Shown piece after piece: positions 17,612 to 27,315 of a DNA stretch of 36,111 nt. Origin of the DNA: Methanobacteriota archaeon (GTDB lineage: Archaea; Hydrothermarchaeota; Hydrothermarchaeia; Hydrothermarchaeales; BMS3B). The stretch spans positions 1 to 36,111 of the forward strand of contig JAADFX010000010.1 in NCBI GenBank assembly GCA_013152685.1, read 5' to 3'. How positions within the stretch are numbered: the stretch's first letter is position 1; each line of letters opens with the position of its first letter. The notes below the pieces were generated by a model. The model had not been told where the DNA came from, ran no database searches, and saw only the letters and a list, made by a program, of their open reading frames with translations. The position numbers and the translations under genes were made by a program.

Positions 17612-18604
17612 TTATTCCCCGAGCAGCTCATTCAGCTCCCCAATAACCCGGGAGGTGAGGAGCACCTCCTCCAGCCTCACCCTCTCGCGGTGGGTGTGGC
17701 AGGGTGCAAGCTCCCCCGGACCGAAGACCACCACGTCCCACCCCGCCTTTTTGAAGTTGGAGGCGTCGCACCAGGAGGGCATGCTCCCGCAGAGGGGCTT
17801 CACCCCCTGCCGCCTGAGCGCCTCCTCCAAGAGCTCCGAGGCTTCCCCCTCCAGGGTGAAGGCCTCTTCCTCCTCCACCACCTCAACGCTTCCGTAGGCT
17901 CTGCCGATTGCAATCGCCCTGCGCCGCACCTCCTCCAGGCTAACGCCGGGGGGAAATATCAGGTCCACCACCAGGGTGCAGCTCTCCGGTACAGCGTAGA
18001 TGTCGCCTCCACCCTCTATCCTGAAGGGGGTCACCCTTGCGGGGAGCTCCCTCAGCTTCTCCAGCAGCTCGAAGGCGCGCTCAATCGCATTGCTTCCGCG
18101 CTCCGGCACAGCCGCATGCGCCGCCCTCCCGGTTACCCTGAAGCTCAGCTCCACTCCGCCGTACTGCTCCGTTGCTATGCGCAGCGAGGTGGGCTCCAGC
18201 ACAACGCAGCGCCTCGGGGAGAAGCGCTCCACAACCAGCGCCGAGCCCCTGCCTGAGGTTTCCTCCTCCACCAGGAGGGCGAACCCCAGCCTGAGCTCCT
18301 CAATCTTCTCCAGGGCCAGGAGCATCGCGGCTATGCCCGCCTTTGCGTCGCACACACCTGAGCCGAAGGCAACCCCGCCCGAGACGCGGAACTCGCCGCT
18401 CACGCTCAGCGTGTCCAGGTGGGTCGCCACCCAGAACTCCGCCCCCGGGTTCAGCAGCAGGTTGCCCTCCACTAGCTCCGCCCTGTGCCCCAGCTCCTCC
18501 ATCCTCGCGGCGATGTGCTCAGCCAGCATTTGCTCTCCGCCGGGCGGCGAGGGGATACTCACCAGCTCCCTCAGGAGCTCCGAAGCCCTTTCAAGCTCTT
18601 CCAT
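17612..18604 (-). CDS. M20 family metallo-deacylase/peptidase (ArgE/DapE/LysK-like)
   Basis: HLDT, GVCDAK, VEEE, LEPT, GRAAHA and CHT motifs; TTTTTATAA about 22 nt upstream (leaderless). Confidence 0.88.
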   Translation of the reverse strand: MEELERASELLRELVSIPSPPGGEQMLAEHIAARMEELGHRAELVEGNLLLNPGAEFWVATHLDTLSVSGEFRVSGGVAFGSGVCDAKAGIAAMLLALEKIEELRLGFALLVEEETSGRGSALVVERFSPRRCVVLEPTSLRIATEQYGGVELSFRVTGRAAHAAVPERGSNAIERAFELLEKLRELPARVTPFRIEGGGDIYAVPESCTLVVDLIFPPGVSLEEVRRRAIAIGRAYGSVEVVEEEEAFTLEGEASELLEEALRRQGVKPLCGSMPSWCDASNFKKAGWDVVVFGPGELAPCHTHRERVRLEEVLLTSRVIGELNELLGE

Positions 18605-18653
18605 CAGGTTAGATATATGGCGTGGTTATAAAAAGGTTAATACAGGTGGTATC

Positions 18654-19115
18654 ATGGAGGTCAGAATACGCCGCGGGAGCAGGCAGGACCTCCCCGCCTT
18701 TCTCGAGGCGTACAGGGAGGCGTACCGCGGGCTGGAGGAGTACTCCTACCGCTCCCGCAGGAGGATAAAGGCCTACCTCCACTGGCTGATCACCCGGGAC
18801 AGGGAGGGCGTTTTTGTCGCCGAGGTGGGGGACAGCCTGGCGGGCTTCATATGTGCTGACTCGAACTGGGTCAGCGACACCGGCGAGACGGTGGGTGCCA
18901 TCCACGAGCTGGTGGTTCGCCCCGAGTACCGCCGCCGCGGAGTTGCCCGCAGGCTCATGGAGGCGGGTATGGAGTACCTGAGGAGCAGGGGCAGGCGCGT
19001 GATTGAGCTGTGGGTGGGAGTTGACAACCACTCCGCCAGGAGGTTCTATGAGAGCCTCGGATTCCGCGCCGGAGATGTGGTGGGCAAGTGGAGGAGAATG
19101 CTCAAAACTTTTTGA
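18654..19115 (+). CDS. GNAT family N-acetyltransferase
   Basis: ATG 18654 after AGGTGG, inside track ORF 18000..19115; ELVVRPEYRRRGVA (motif A) and NHSARRFYESLGF. Confidence 0.92.
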   Translation: MEVRIRRGSRQDLPAFLEAYREAYRGLEEYSYRSRRRIKAYLHWLITRDREGVFVAEVGDSLAGFICADSNWVSDTGETVGAIHELVVRPEYRRRGVARRLMEAGMEYLRSRGRRVIELWVGVDNHSARRFYESLGFRAGDVVGKWRRMLKTF

Positions 19116-19142
19116 ACAGCCGCCGGTCTGAGAGAGCCGCCC

Positions 19143-19217
19143 TGTTTGACCCATCTCAAACATTGCCGTGGAAAAATTTTTATATTACCTGTTGGTTAGA
19201 TAGTTGGGTTGTTGGTT
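19143..19217 (+). promoter_or_regulatory. Promoter of the complex I-like operon with flanking repeats
   Basis: Inverted repeat TGTTTGA-N6-TCAAACA (19143-62); BRE/TATA GAAAAA-TTTTTATATT (19171-86); direct repeat TGTTGGTT at 19190 and 19210. Confidence 0.6.
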
Positions 19218-19240
19218 CTTCAAAATAAAAGGGTGATAGC

Positions 19241-19618
19241 TTGAGCATCGGTGAGCAGTACATCACCATTGCACTCTTCGTGATTATCGGCGTGATATTC
19301 CCAGCGGTTACGATATTTGTGGCCAGCCTCCTGAGAAAGCCGGCAAAGCCCGAGCCCCAGAAGTACCTCACCTACGAGTGCAGCGTCCTGCCCTTCGGCC
19401 CCGCCTGGGTGCAGCACAACGTGGAGTACTACATGTATGCGCTTCTCTTTGTAATCTTCGACGTGGAGACCGTCTTCCTGTACCCCTGGGCGATGACCTA
19501 CAGGAGCTTTGGACTCTTTGCCACCATCGAGGTAATAATCTTCATAGGCGTACTCGCCCTCGGCCTTGCCTACGCCTGGAAGAAAGGAGCTCTGGAGTGG
19601 ATGCGAGGATGGAAGTGA
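19241..19618 (+). CDS. nuoA: Complex I-like (Nuo/Fpo) subunit A
   Basis: [35 protein letters not shown]; TTG start after GGGTGA. Confidence 0.95.
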   Translation: MSIGEQYITIALFVIIGVIFPAVTIFVASLLRKPAKPEPQKYLTYECSVLPFGPAWVQHNVEYYMYALLFVIFDVETVFLYPWAMTYRSFGLFATIEVIIFIGVLALGLAYAWKKGALEWMRGWK

Positions 19619-20079
19619 AGCTTCCCAATGTGATACTCACGAAGCTGGACCGCCTCGTCTTCGACAGGGCGAGGCCCTACACCATGTGGCCCCTCACCTT
19701 TGGCTTAGCCTGCTGCGCCATAGAGATGATGGCCACCGGCTGCTCGCGCTACGACGCCTTCGAGCGCTTCGGCATGCTCTTCCGCGCGACGCCGAGGCAG
19801 GCCGACCTGATGATAGTGGCGGGCACCATAACAAAGAAGATGGCGCCCAATGTGCGCAGGCTGTACGAGCAGATGCCCGAGCCCAAGTACGTCATAGCCA
19901 TGGGGGAGTGCGCCATCTGTGGCGGGCCCTTCTACGACAGCTACAGCGTGGTGAACGGCGCCGACCAGATAATACCCGTGGACGTCTATGTGCCCGGCTG
20001 CCCGCCCCGCCCGGAGACGCTCATAGATGCGATAGTGAAGCTGCAGAAGAAGATAAGAGAGGGCAAGATAAAGAGGTAG
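19609..20079 (+). CDS. nuoB: Complex I-like subunit B
   Basis: [31 protein letters not shown]; ATG 19609 overlaps the nuoA end. Confidence 0.95.
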   Translation: MEVKLPNVILTKLDRLVFDRARPYTMWPLTFGLACCAIEMMATGCSRYDAFERFGMLFRATPRQADLMIVAGTITKKMAPNVRRLYEQMPEPKYVIAMGECAICGGPFYDSYSVVNGADQIIPVDVYVPGCPPRPETLIDAIVKLQKKIREGKIKR

Positions 20080-20083
20080 TGGC

Positions 20084-21730
20084 ATGGCGGAGGAGAAGTC
20101 GCAGAGTGAGGCAGGGGAAGAGCAGGTGAGGCACGAGCTCATCGACACCCTCACGTCCAAGTTTGGAGACAGGCTGCTGGAGGCGCGGGTGCAGCGGGAG
20201 CGGAGGCTGCAGGTGAGGATAAGGGGTGAGGACCTCCTGCCCGTGGTGGAGTTTTTGAAGGGCTCCGGCTTCGACCACCTCTCATGCATCTCCGGCGTTG
20301 ACTACGAGGACAGGATGGAGGCGGTGTACCACCTGTGGAGCTACTCCCGGGGAGAGCTGGTCCAGATAAACGCCGAGCTACCCAGGGATAAGCCGGAGAT
20401 TGACAGCCTGGTCCCCCTCTACCGCGCCGCGGACTGGCACGAGCGCGAGGCCTACGACATGCTCGGCATAGTCTTCAGGGGCCACCCCAATCTGAAGCGC
20501 ATGCTCCTGCCGGAGGGTTTTGAGGGCCATCCCCTGCGCAAGGACTTCAAGACCAAGCCCATGTCCTGGTATCTTGAGGGCGAGGCGGAGATGTGGGAGA
20601 CCCCTGTGGAGATTGAGCAGGATGGCGAGGGTGAGATAGAGACCATGGTGCTCAACATCGGCCCGCAGCACCCCTCCACCCACGGCGTTGCCCGGCTGGT
20701 GACCACGCTGAGCGGCGAGACGGTGGTTAAGATAGAGCCCATCATAGGCTACCTCCACAGGGGTGTGGAGAAGATAGCCGAGAACCGCACCTACCAGCAG
20801 TTCCTTCCCCTCACCGACAGAACCGACTACATCTCCTCCATAACCAATAACCTGGCCTACGTGCTGGCCGTGGAGGAGCTCATGGGCGTGCGCGTGCCCG
20901 AGAGGGCGGAGTACCTGCGGGTGATCCTCTCGGAGCTGCAGCGCATCGCGAATCATTTAATGTTCATCGCCGCCTTCGGCGCAGACCTGGGCGCCTGGAC
21001 GGTGATGATGTACGGCTTCCGGGAGCGCGAGATGGTTCTGGACCTGATGGAGCAGGTCTCCGGGCAGCGCCTGCTCTACAACTTCCTGCGCATAGGAGGC
21101 CTGAAGGAGGACGTTCCGGAGGGCTGGACTGAAGCGGTCAGGAACTTCCTGCGTGTCCTGCCCGAGCGGCTCTCCGACTATGAGACCTACTTCTTCAACA
21201 ATGAGATTTTTATAAAGAGGTGCGAGGGTGTTGGTGTCCTGGAGCCGGAGCTGGCGATTGAGCTCGGGGTCACAGGCCCAATGCTGCGCGCCAGCGGCGT
21301 TGCGCGGGATGTGCGCAGGGACGACCCCTACTCCATCTACGACCGCTTTGACTTTGAGGTTGTTACCGAGGAGGCGGGCGACACGCTGGCGAGGTTCAAG
21401 GTGCGCTTCCGCGAGATCTTCGAGAGCCTGCGAATAATAGAGCAGGCCCTCGATGACCTGCCGGAGGGCGAGGTCAGGTCTCCGGATGTGCCCAAGGTCA
21501 TACGCCCGCCGAAGGGCGAGGTGTACTCGCGGATAGAGGCGCCAAAGGGCGAGCTTGCCTACTACATTGTAAGCGACGGCAAGTCCACATCGCCCTACAG
21601 GCTCAAGATAAGGAGCCCCGCCTTCTGCAACCTCTCCGCCTTCCCCCACTACGCCACCGGTGAGATAATCCCCGACATGATTGTCAACTTTGCCAGCGTG
21701 GATATAGTCATGGGTGAAATAGACAGGTGA
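20084..21730 (+). CDS. nuoCD: Fused complex I-like subunit C/D
   Basis: C part [19 protein letters not shown]; D part [29 protein letters not shown]; no NiFe-binding CxxC pairs. Confidence 0.95.
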   Translation: MAEEKSQSEAGEEQVRHELIDTLTSKFGDRLLEARVQRERRLQVRIRGEDLLPVVEFLKGSGFDHLSCISGVDYEDRMEAVYHLWSYSRGELVQINAELPRDKPEIDSLVPLYRAADWHEREAYDMLGIVFRGHPNLKRMLLPEGFEGHPLRKDFKTKPMSWYLEGEAEMWETPVEIEQDGEGEIETMVLNIGPQHPSTHGVARLVTTLSGETVVKIEPIIGYLHRGVEKIAENRTYQQFLPLTDRTDYISSITNNLAYVLAVEELMGVRVPERAEYLRVILSELQRIANHLMFIAAFGADLGAWTVMMYGFREREMVLDLMEQVSGQRLLYNFLRIGGLKEDVPEGWTEAVRNFLRVLPERLSDYETYFFNNEIFIKRCEGVGVLEPELAIELGVTGPMLRASGVARDVRRDDPYSIYDRFDFEVVTEEAGDTLARFKVRFREIFESLRIIEQALDDLPEGEVRSPDVPKVIRPPKGEVYSRIEAPKGELAYYIVSDGKSTSPYRLKIRSPAFCNLSAFPHYATGEIIPDMIVNFASVDIVMGEIDR

Positions 21731-21734
21731 GGCT

Positions 21735-22757
21735 ATGGTGGAAGATCTGCTGATGAAGGTGCTGCGCGGCCTGGTAGGTGTGGTGGCCGTAATCCTGTTC
21801 CTGTCCCTCAATGTGCTCTTCCTCACCTGGATGGAGAGGAAGGTCATCGCGAGAATCCACGTGCGCTACGGTCCGAACCGCGCCGGTCCCTACGGTCTGC
21901 TCCAGCCGATAGCCGACATGCTGAAGCTGCTCACAAAGGAGGACATAGTGCCCGAGAAGGCCGACAAGCTGGTGTACAACCTTGCCCCGGTGGTTGCCTT
22001 CCTCTTCGCCCTGCTCCCCGCGGCGGCGATAGGCATAGGCTCGGGGCTGATAGCCGCCGATGTGGGCGTTGGCGTGCTCTACATCACCGCCGTGGCGTCA
22101 CTCTCGACCCTGGCGGTGCTCATGGCGGCGTGGGGCTCCAACAACAAGTACTCCCTGCTGGGGGGGATGCGAACAGCGGCGCAGAGCCTGAGCTATGAGA
22201 TACCCCTGGTGCTCAGCATGATAGGCATTGTGGCGATAGTCGGCTCCCTGAGCACGCAGGACATTGTGGCGGCGCAGTCCCAGACCTGGTTCGGGATAAT
22301 ACCCAAGTGGTTCATCTTCTACCAGCCCCTCGCGTTCATAGTCTTCTTCGCCGCAGTCGTGGCTGAGATGGGCAGGATACCCTTCGACCTGCCGGAGAGC
22401 GAGTCGGAGCTCGTCGCGGGATTCCACACCGAGTACAGCGGAATGAAGTTTGCCATGTTCATGTTCGCCGAGTACATCCACTTCGTGGTGGGCTCGGCGC
22501 TGGTGGTGACCCTCTTCCTGGGCGGCTGGCACCTCCCGGTAATCTCGCCGATGGTGGAGAACCTGGGCATGCTGAAGTACCTGGTGCAGGTGGCAATTTT
22601 CGTTGCCAAGATGTATGTGATAATCTTTGTGCTCATGTGGGTGCGGGGCACACTTACACGAACAAAGGTGGACCATGTGCTGAGCTTCGGGTGGAAGGGC
22701 CTGCTTCCCCTGGCGCTGGCGAACGTGGTGATAACCGGAGTGGTGTTAAGCATTTAG
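21735..22757 (+). CDS. nuoH: Complex I-like subunit H
   Basis: ERKVIARIHVRYGPNRAGPYGLLQPIAD, SNNKYSLLGGMR, PFDLPESESELVAG. Confidence 0.95.
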   Translation: MVEDLLMKVLRGLVGVVAVILFLSLNVLFLTWMERKVIARIHVRYGPNRAGPYGLLQPIADMLKLLTKEDIVPEKADKLVYNLAPVVAFLFALLPAAAIGIGSGLIAADVGVGVLYITAVASLSTLAVLMAAWGSNNKYSLLGGMRTAAQSLSYEIPLVLSMIGIVAIVGSLSTQDIVAAQSQTWFGIIPKWFIFYQPLAFIVFFAAVVAEMGRIPFDLPESESELVAGFHTEYSGMKFAMFMFAEYIHFVVGSALVVTLFLGGWHLPVISPMVENLGMLKYLVQVAIFVAKMYVIIFVLMWVRGTLTRTKVDHVLSFGWKGLLPLALANVVITGVVLSI

Positions 22758-22766
22758 GTGGTGGTT

Positions 22767-23222
22767 ATGCTCAAGCAGAGGCTGAAAAATCTGTCGCACA
22801 TCCTGCCAATGAGTGTCACCTTCAAGCACTTCTTCAAGCCTCCGATTACCATCCAGTATCCGGAGCAGCGCGATGTGATGAAGCCGCGCTACCGCGCCAG
22901 GCAGCGCCTCGATGACAAGAAGTGCATAAGCTGTGGCAGCTGTGCCCGCGTGTGTCCAAACAAGACGATTCAGATGAAGGTGGTGGGCGTAGAGGAGAAG
23001 AAGGTCAAGGACAGGGTGATAAAGAGGGAGAAGAAGCACCCCGAGATATACCTGGGCAGGTGCATGTTCTGCGGGCTGTGCGTGGAGGTGTGCCCCACGG
23101 GAGCGCTGAGCTGGGACAACGAGCCCATAGAGCTGGCGGAATACACCAGGGAGGAGCTCTTCTACCCCTGGTGGAAGCTCGCGGGCTATGAGAGCGATCC
23201 GCGGGGTGGTGCCGGTGATTGA
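22767..23222 (+). CDS. nuoI: Complex I-like subunit I (2x[4Fe-4S])
   Basis: TIQYP, CISCGSCARVCP, CMFCGLCVEVCP; ATG 22767 after GGTGGTGG. Confidence 0.95.
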   Translation: MLKQRLKNLSHILPMSVTFKHFFKPPITIQYPEQRDVMKPRYRARQRLDDKKCISCGSCARVCPNKTIQMKVVGVEEKKVKDRVIKREKKHPEIYLGRCMFCGLCVEVCPTGALSWDNEPIELAEYTREELFYPWWKLAGYESDPRGGAGD

Positions 23223-23712
23223 CCTGCTGGTCTTCCTTGTAATCTCAGCCCTGGTCATCGCAGGCGCTGTGGGCGTGGTGATGGCAGAGCGCATCTTCCA
23301 CGCGGTGCTAGCCCTGGCGCTCTCGCTTCTCGGCGTCGCCGCCCTGTTCATCACCCTGGGTGCGGAGTTCCTGGCGGCGATTCAGGTGCTGGTGTATGCG
23401 GGCGGTGTGGTGGTGCTCTTCCTCTTTGCGACGATGCTCACGCGGAGCGACCTGCAGCTGCGCAGGCCCAAGGGTGATGAGCTCGCCCCGGTGGGCGCCG
23501 TGGTCTTTGCCATAATCGCCCTCTTCTACGTCGCGAGCTCCGGGTTTGTGTCGCTGGGGGAGCGCGGCAGTGTGGCTGGCAGCGTGGAGAACGTGGGTAA
23601 GCTGATATTCGACCTGGGAACCTACGCTGTGCCCTTTGAGCTCGTGGGCCTGCTGCTGCTCGCCGCAATGGTGGGAGCGATATTCCTGGCGAAAAAGGAG
23701 GAGGCAAGATGA
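23215..23712 (+). CDS. nuoJ: Complex I-like subunit J
   Basis: AEFLAAIQVLVYAGGVVVLFLF, PFELVGLLLLAAMVGA; GTG 23215 preferred (ATG 23188 possible). Confidence 0.92.
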   Translation: MIDLLVFLVISALVIAGAVGVVMAERIFHAVLALALSLLGVAALFITLGAEFLAAIQVLVYAGGVVVLFLFATMLTRSDLQLRRPKGDELAPVGAVVFAIIALFYVASSGFVSLGERGSVAGSVENVGKLIFDLGTYAVPFELVGLLLLAAMVGAIFLAKKEEAR

Positions 23713-24014
23713 GCGTTACAGTCTTCCACTACGTGTTCCTGGCGATGCTCCTGTTCTCCATAGGCGCCTACGGCTTGCTCTCAGCGCGCAACGCCGTGAG
23801 GATGCTCATGAGTATTGAGCTCATGCTCAATGCCGCCAACATAAACCTGGTGGCCTTCTCAAGCTATCTCGGAAGCCTCAACGGGCAGGCCTTTGCCGCC
23901 TTCACCATAGCCATAGCCGCCGCGGAGGCGGGCGTGGGGCTGGCGATCCTGCTTGCCCTCTACAGAAACTTCCGCACAGTGAACCTGCGCGAAATTAAGG
24001 AGCTGAGGTGGTGA
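23709..24014 (+). CDS. nuoK: Complex I-like subunit K
   Basis: LMSIELMLNAANIN, AAAEAGVGLA. Confidence 0.95.
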   Translation: MSVTVFHYVFLAMLLFSIGAYGLLSARNAVRMLMSIELMLNAANINLVAFSSYLGSLNGQAFAAFTIAIAAAEAGVGLAILLALYRNFRTVNLREIKELRW

Positions 24015-24015
24015 A

Positions 24016-25860
24016 ATGATAGAGTACGCCTGGGTAATTCCGGTGCTTCCAGTCATCTCCTTTCTGATTATTCTGCTCTTTGGAGGCCGCATGAAGGAGG
24101 GCGGCGGCCATGTTGCAGTTGCCTTCGTGGGCATGAGCATGCTCCTCTCCCTGCTCACCATAAGGGACGTCTTCCAGGTGGGCAGGTACGAGAGCGAGGG
24201 CATAGCCTGGCTGGGCATTGAGGCGCTGCGCTTTGGCGTGCTCGTCGACCCCCTGGCGGCGGTTATGCTCTTCGTGGTCAGCTTCGTGGGCTTCCTCATA
24301 GTGGTCTACTCCCTGGGCTACATGCACGGCGATCCGGGGGTGCAGCGCTACTACGCGGAGATAAGCCTCTTCATCGCCAGCATGCTCGCCCTTGTAATTG
24401 CCAACAACCTGGTCTTCCTCTTCATAAGCTGGGAGCTGGTGGGGCTGTGCTCTTACCTGCTCATCGGCTACTGGTACCGCAAGCCGAGTGCGGCGAGCGC
24501 CGCGAAGAAGGCCTTCCTGGTCACCCGCGTGGGCGACATCCTGCTCCTCGCCGGCATACTGGTGCTCTACGCCAACTTCGGCACCCTCAACATGAGTGAG
24601 CTCTTTGAGCTCGCCCCTGCGGCGGTGCCGGCGACCCTGACCCTGGCGTCCCTGCTCCTCTTCGGGGGCGCAGTGGGCAAAAGCGCCCAGTTCCCGCTGC
24701 ACGTGTGGCTTCCCGACGCCATGGAGGGCCCCACCACTGTGAGCGCCCTCATCCACGCCGCCACCATGGTCAAGGCGGGCGTCTACCTGGTTGCCAGAAC
24801 CTACCCACTGTTTACCCCCGAGTCCCTGTTCGTTGTGGCCTGGATAGGGGGCATCACGGCGCTTATTGCCGCGACCATGGCGGTGGTGATGACAGACCTC
24901 AAGCGGGTCATCGCCTACTCCACCGTCTCCCACCTGGGCTTCATGACTCTCGCCCTGGGTGTGGGCGGCTTTGCCGCGGGCATCTTCCACCTGCTCAACC
25001 ACTCCTTCTTCAAGGCGCTGCTCTTCCTTAGCGCGGGCGCGGTGATCCACGCGGTCCACTCCCAGGATATTCGCGACATGGGCGGACTCTGGCGCAGGAT
25101 GCCCATCACCGGCACGGCGTTCTTCATAGGCGCCTGGTCGCTCTCCGGCCTGCCGCCCTGGAGCGGCTTCTGGAGCAAGGACGAGATTCTTGCTTCGGTT
25201 TACGACTACAGCACCGCCCTCTTCGCCGTCGCCGCCCTGGCGGCGCTGCTCAGCGCGGTGTACATCTCCAGGCTGTTCTTCATAGTGTTCACCGGGAAGG
25301 AGAGCGAGGCGGTGAGGCATGCGCACGAGGCGCCCAGGGTTATGACGGTACCGCTCATAATCCTCTCCGTGGGTGCGCTGTTCTCGGGCTTTGTGACCTT
25401 CGCGGGCTTCGGCGAGTTTGTGCTGGGCTCACTGCCGGAGGAGATGGCCGAGAAGCTGGCCCACCACGAGACGAGCTCGCTGGTGGTGCTCCTCTCAATA
25501 GCCCTTGCAGTCGCGGGGATAGGCGTGACGGCTCTGACCTACTTCAAACCTGTGATCTCCGCCGAGCGCGTGCGCACCACCCTTAAACCCCTGCACTCCC
25601 TGCTGGTGCACAGGTACTACCTGGACCACCTCTACCTCTTCTTCGCCACCAGGGTGGTCAGGGACACCAGCACTGTTATCAACGCCGTAGATGCCTACTT
25701 CATAGACGGTGTGGTGAACGGCGTCGGCAGGGTTACCGCCAGGGCAGGTGAGCTCCTGCGCAGGATTCAGACGGGAGTTACCCAGGACTACGCCGCCTGG
25801 CTCCTGCTGGGCGCGAGCCTGCTGCTTATCCTGGCCCGCCTTACAGGAGGTGCTGCGTGA
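24016..25860 (+). CDS. nuoL: Complex I-like antiporter subunit L
   Basis: WELVGLCSYLLIGYW, GKSAQFPLHVWLPDAMEGPTTVSALIHAATMVKAG, HSFFKALLF. Confidence 0.96.
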   Translation: MIEYAWVIPVLPVISFLIILLFGGRMKEGGGHVAVAFVGMSMLLSLLTIRDVFQVGRYESEGIAWLGIEALRFGVLVDPLAAVMLFVVSFVGFLIVVYSLGYMHGDPGVQRYYAEISLFIASMLALVIANNLVFLFISWELVGLCSYLLIGYWYRKPSAASAAKKAFLVTRVGDILLLAGILVLYANFGTLNMSELFELAPAAVPATLTLASLLLFGGAVGKSAQFPLHVWLPDAMEGPTTVSALIHAATMVKAGVYLVARTYPLFTPESLFVVAWIGGITALIAATMAVVMTDLKRVIAYSTVSHLGFMTLALGVGGFAAGIFHLLNHSFFKALLFLSAGAVIHAVHSQDIRDMGGLWRRMPITGTAFFIGAWSLSGLPPWSGFWSKDEILASVYDYSTALFAVAALAALLSAVYISRLFFIVFTGKESEAVRHAHEAPRVMTVPLIILSVGALFSGFVTFAGFGEFVLGSLPEEMAEKLAHHETSSLVVLLSIALAVAGIGVTALTYFKPVISAERVRTTLKPLHSLLVHRYYLDHLYLFFATRVVRDTSTVINAVDAYFIDGVVNGVGRVTARAGELLRRIQTGVTQDYAAWLLLGASLLLILARLTGGAA

Positions 25861-27314
25861 TGCTGGCATACCTGGTATTACTTCCGCTGCTGGGAGCTCT
25901 CGGGAGCTACCTGGGAGAGAGGTACGGCCTTGCAAGGGCGCGCTCAGTGGCCCTCGGCACGAGCCTCCTCACAGCCCTGCTTTCAGTGCTCGTGCTGCAG
26001 CGCTATCTCGGCGGTGCCGAGATGTTCCCAGAGCAGTCGCAGGTATGGATATCTGACTTCGGCATAGGCTTCATCCTGGGCGTGGATGCCATGAGCCTCT
26101 CGCTGGTGCTGCTCACCGCCCTCCTGTACGTCGTGGCAGTGCTCGCCTCCTGGAACATATCCACCAATCCCGGCAGGTACTTCGGTCTGCTTATGACCAT
26201 GGAGGCGGGTCTGATGGGCGTATTTCTCGCCCTCGACCTTTTCCTGTTCTACGTGTTCTGGGAGATTGTGCTCATCCCCGCCTTCTTCCTGATAAACGGC
26301 TGGGGAGGTGAGCGACGCAGCTACGCCGCCATGAAGGTGCTCATCTACACCCACCTGGGCAGCCTCTTCATGTTCATAGGCATAATAATGCTCTACCTCA
26401 AGGCGGGGAGCTTCTCCTTCTTTGCCATCTCCGACATGCTCTCAGCTGCGGACGCGGGCTTCAAGAGCCTGGTCTTCCTGCTCCTCTTCGTGGGCTTCGC
26501 CTTCAAGATCCCCCTGGTTCCCTTCCACACCTGGCTCCCCGACGCCTACACTGAGGCGCCCACCCCCGTCACCATCCTGCTGGCGGGGCTGCTCTCCAAG
26601 ATGGGCGCCTACGGTCTGCTCCGCCTGGGCGTCACCCTGCTGCCCGAGACCTTCCAGAGCTACGCCTACGCCATAGCCCTGCTCGCCCTGGTGAGCGTGT
26701 TCTACGCCGCCTTCACTGCCCTCGCCCAGAGGGACATAAAGCGCCTGGTGGCCTTCTCCAGTGTTTCCCACATGGGCTTCCTGGTGCTGGGTATTGCCAG
26801 CTTCGACTTCGTCGGCATAAGCGGTGCCATCTTCCAGATGGTGAGCCACGGCTTAATTGTGGCGCTGCTCTTCTTCCTCACCGGGATGCTCGTGGAGAAG
26901 GTGGGCTCCCGGGAGATACCGCGCCTCGGCGGTCTGATAACAAGGGCGCCCTTCCTGGGCTGGGTGCTGGTGTTCGCGTCCCTGGCCTCTCTGGGCTTAC
27001 CGGGGCTCAGCGGCTTTGTTGCCGAGCTCAGCATACTGCTGGGGCTCTTCAGCACCTACCCCTTCCTGGCCTACCTGGCGGTGCTATCCCTGCCCCTGAC
27101 GGCTGGCTACTACCTCTGGATGCTCCAGCGCAGCACCTTCGGTGCCACCAGTGAGCTGGTGGAGGGGGCGCGGGGTGATGTGCGCTGGCACGAGGCGGTA
27201 CCCGTGCTCCTCCTGGTGGTGCTCATAACGCTGCTCGGACTTTATCCTGCGCCCCTGATGGAGATGATAGGAAGCACTTCCAGAGAGATAGTGGCGCTGA
27301 TAGGAGGTATCTGA
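25860..27314 (+). CDS. nuoM: Complex I-like antiporter subunit M
   Basis: LFYVFWE, KIPLVPFHTWLPDAYTEAP, KMGAYG, SLGLPGLSGFVAE; start 25857 (GTG) or 25860 (ATG). Confidence 0.96.
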   Translation: MLAYLVLLPLLGALGSYLGERYGLARARSVALGTSLLTALLSVLVLQRYLGGAEMFPEQSQVWISDFGIGFILGVDAMSLSLVLLTALLYVVAVLASWNISTNPGRYFGLLMTMEAGLMGVFLALDLFLFYVFWEIVLIPAFFLINGWGGERRSYAAMKVLIYTHLGSLFMFIGIIMLYLKAGSFSFFAISDMLSAADAGFKSLVFLLLFVGFAFKIPLVPFHTWLPDAYTEAPTPVTILLAGLLSKMGAYGLLRLGVTLLPETFQSYAYAIALLALVSVFYAAFTALAQRDIKRLVAFSSVSHMGFLVLGIASFDFVGISGAIFQMVSHGLIVALLFFLTGMLVEKVGSREIPRLGGLITRAPFLGWVLVFASLASLGLPGLSGFVAELSILLGLFSTYPFLAYLAVLSLPLTAGYYLWMLQRSTFGATSELVEGARGDVRWHEAVPVLLLVVLITLLGLYPAPLMEMIGSTSREIVALIGGI

Positions 27315-27315
27315 G

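Noticed and set aside
17601-17614. Perfect palindrome TAAAAATATTTTTA before ABCE1
   Set aside because: Low-complexity A/T sequence explained by the M20 stop codon plus a TATA-like element.
20084-21730. Operon as a group 4 [NiFe]-hydrogenase given nearby hyp genes
   Set aside because: The D subunit lacks both NiFe CxxC motifs and subunit B has the tandem CC typical of complex I.
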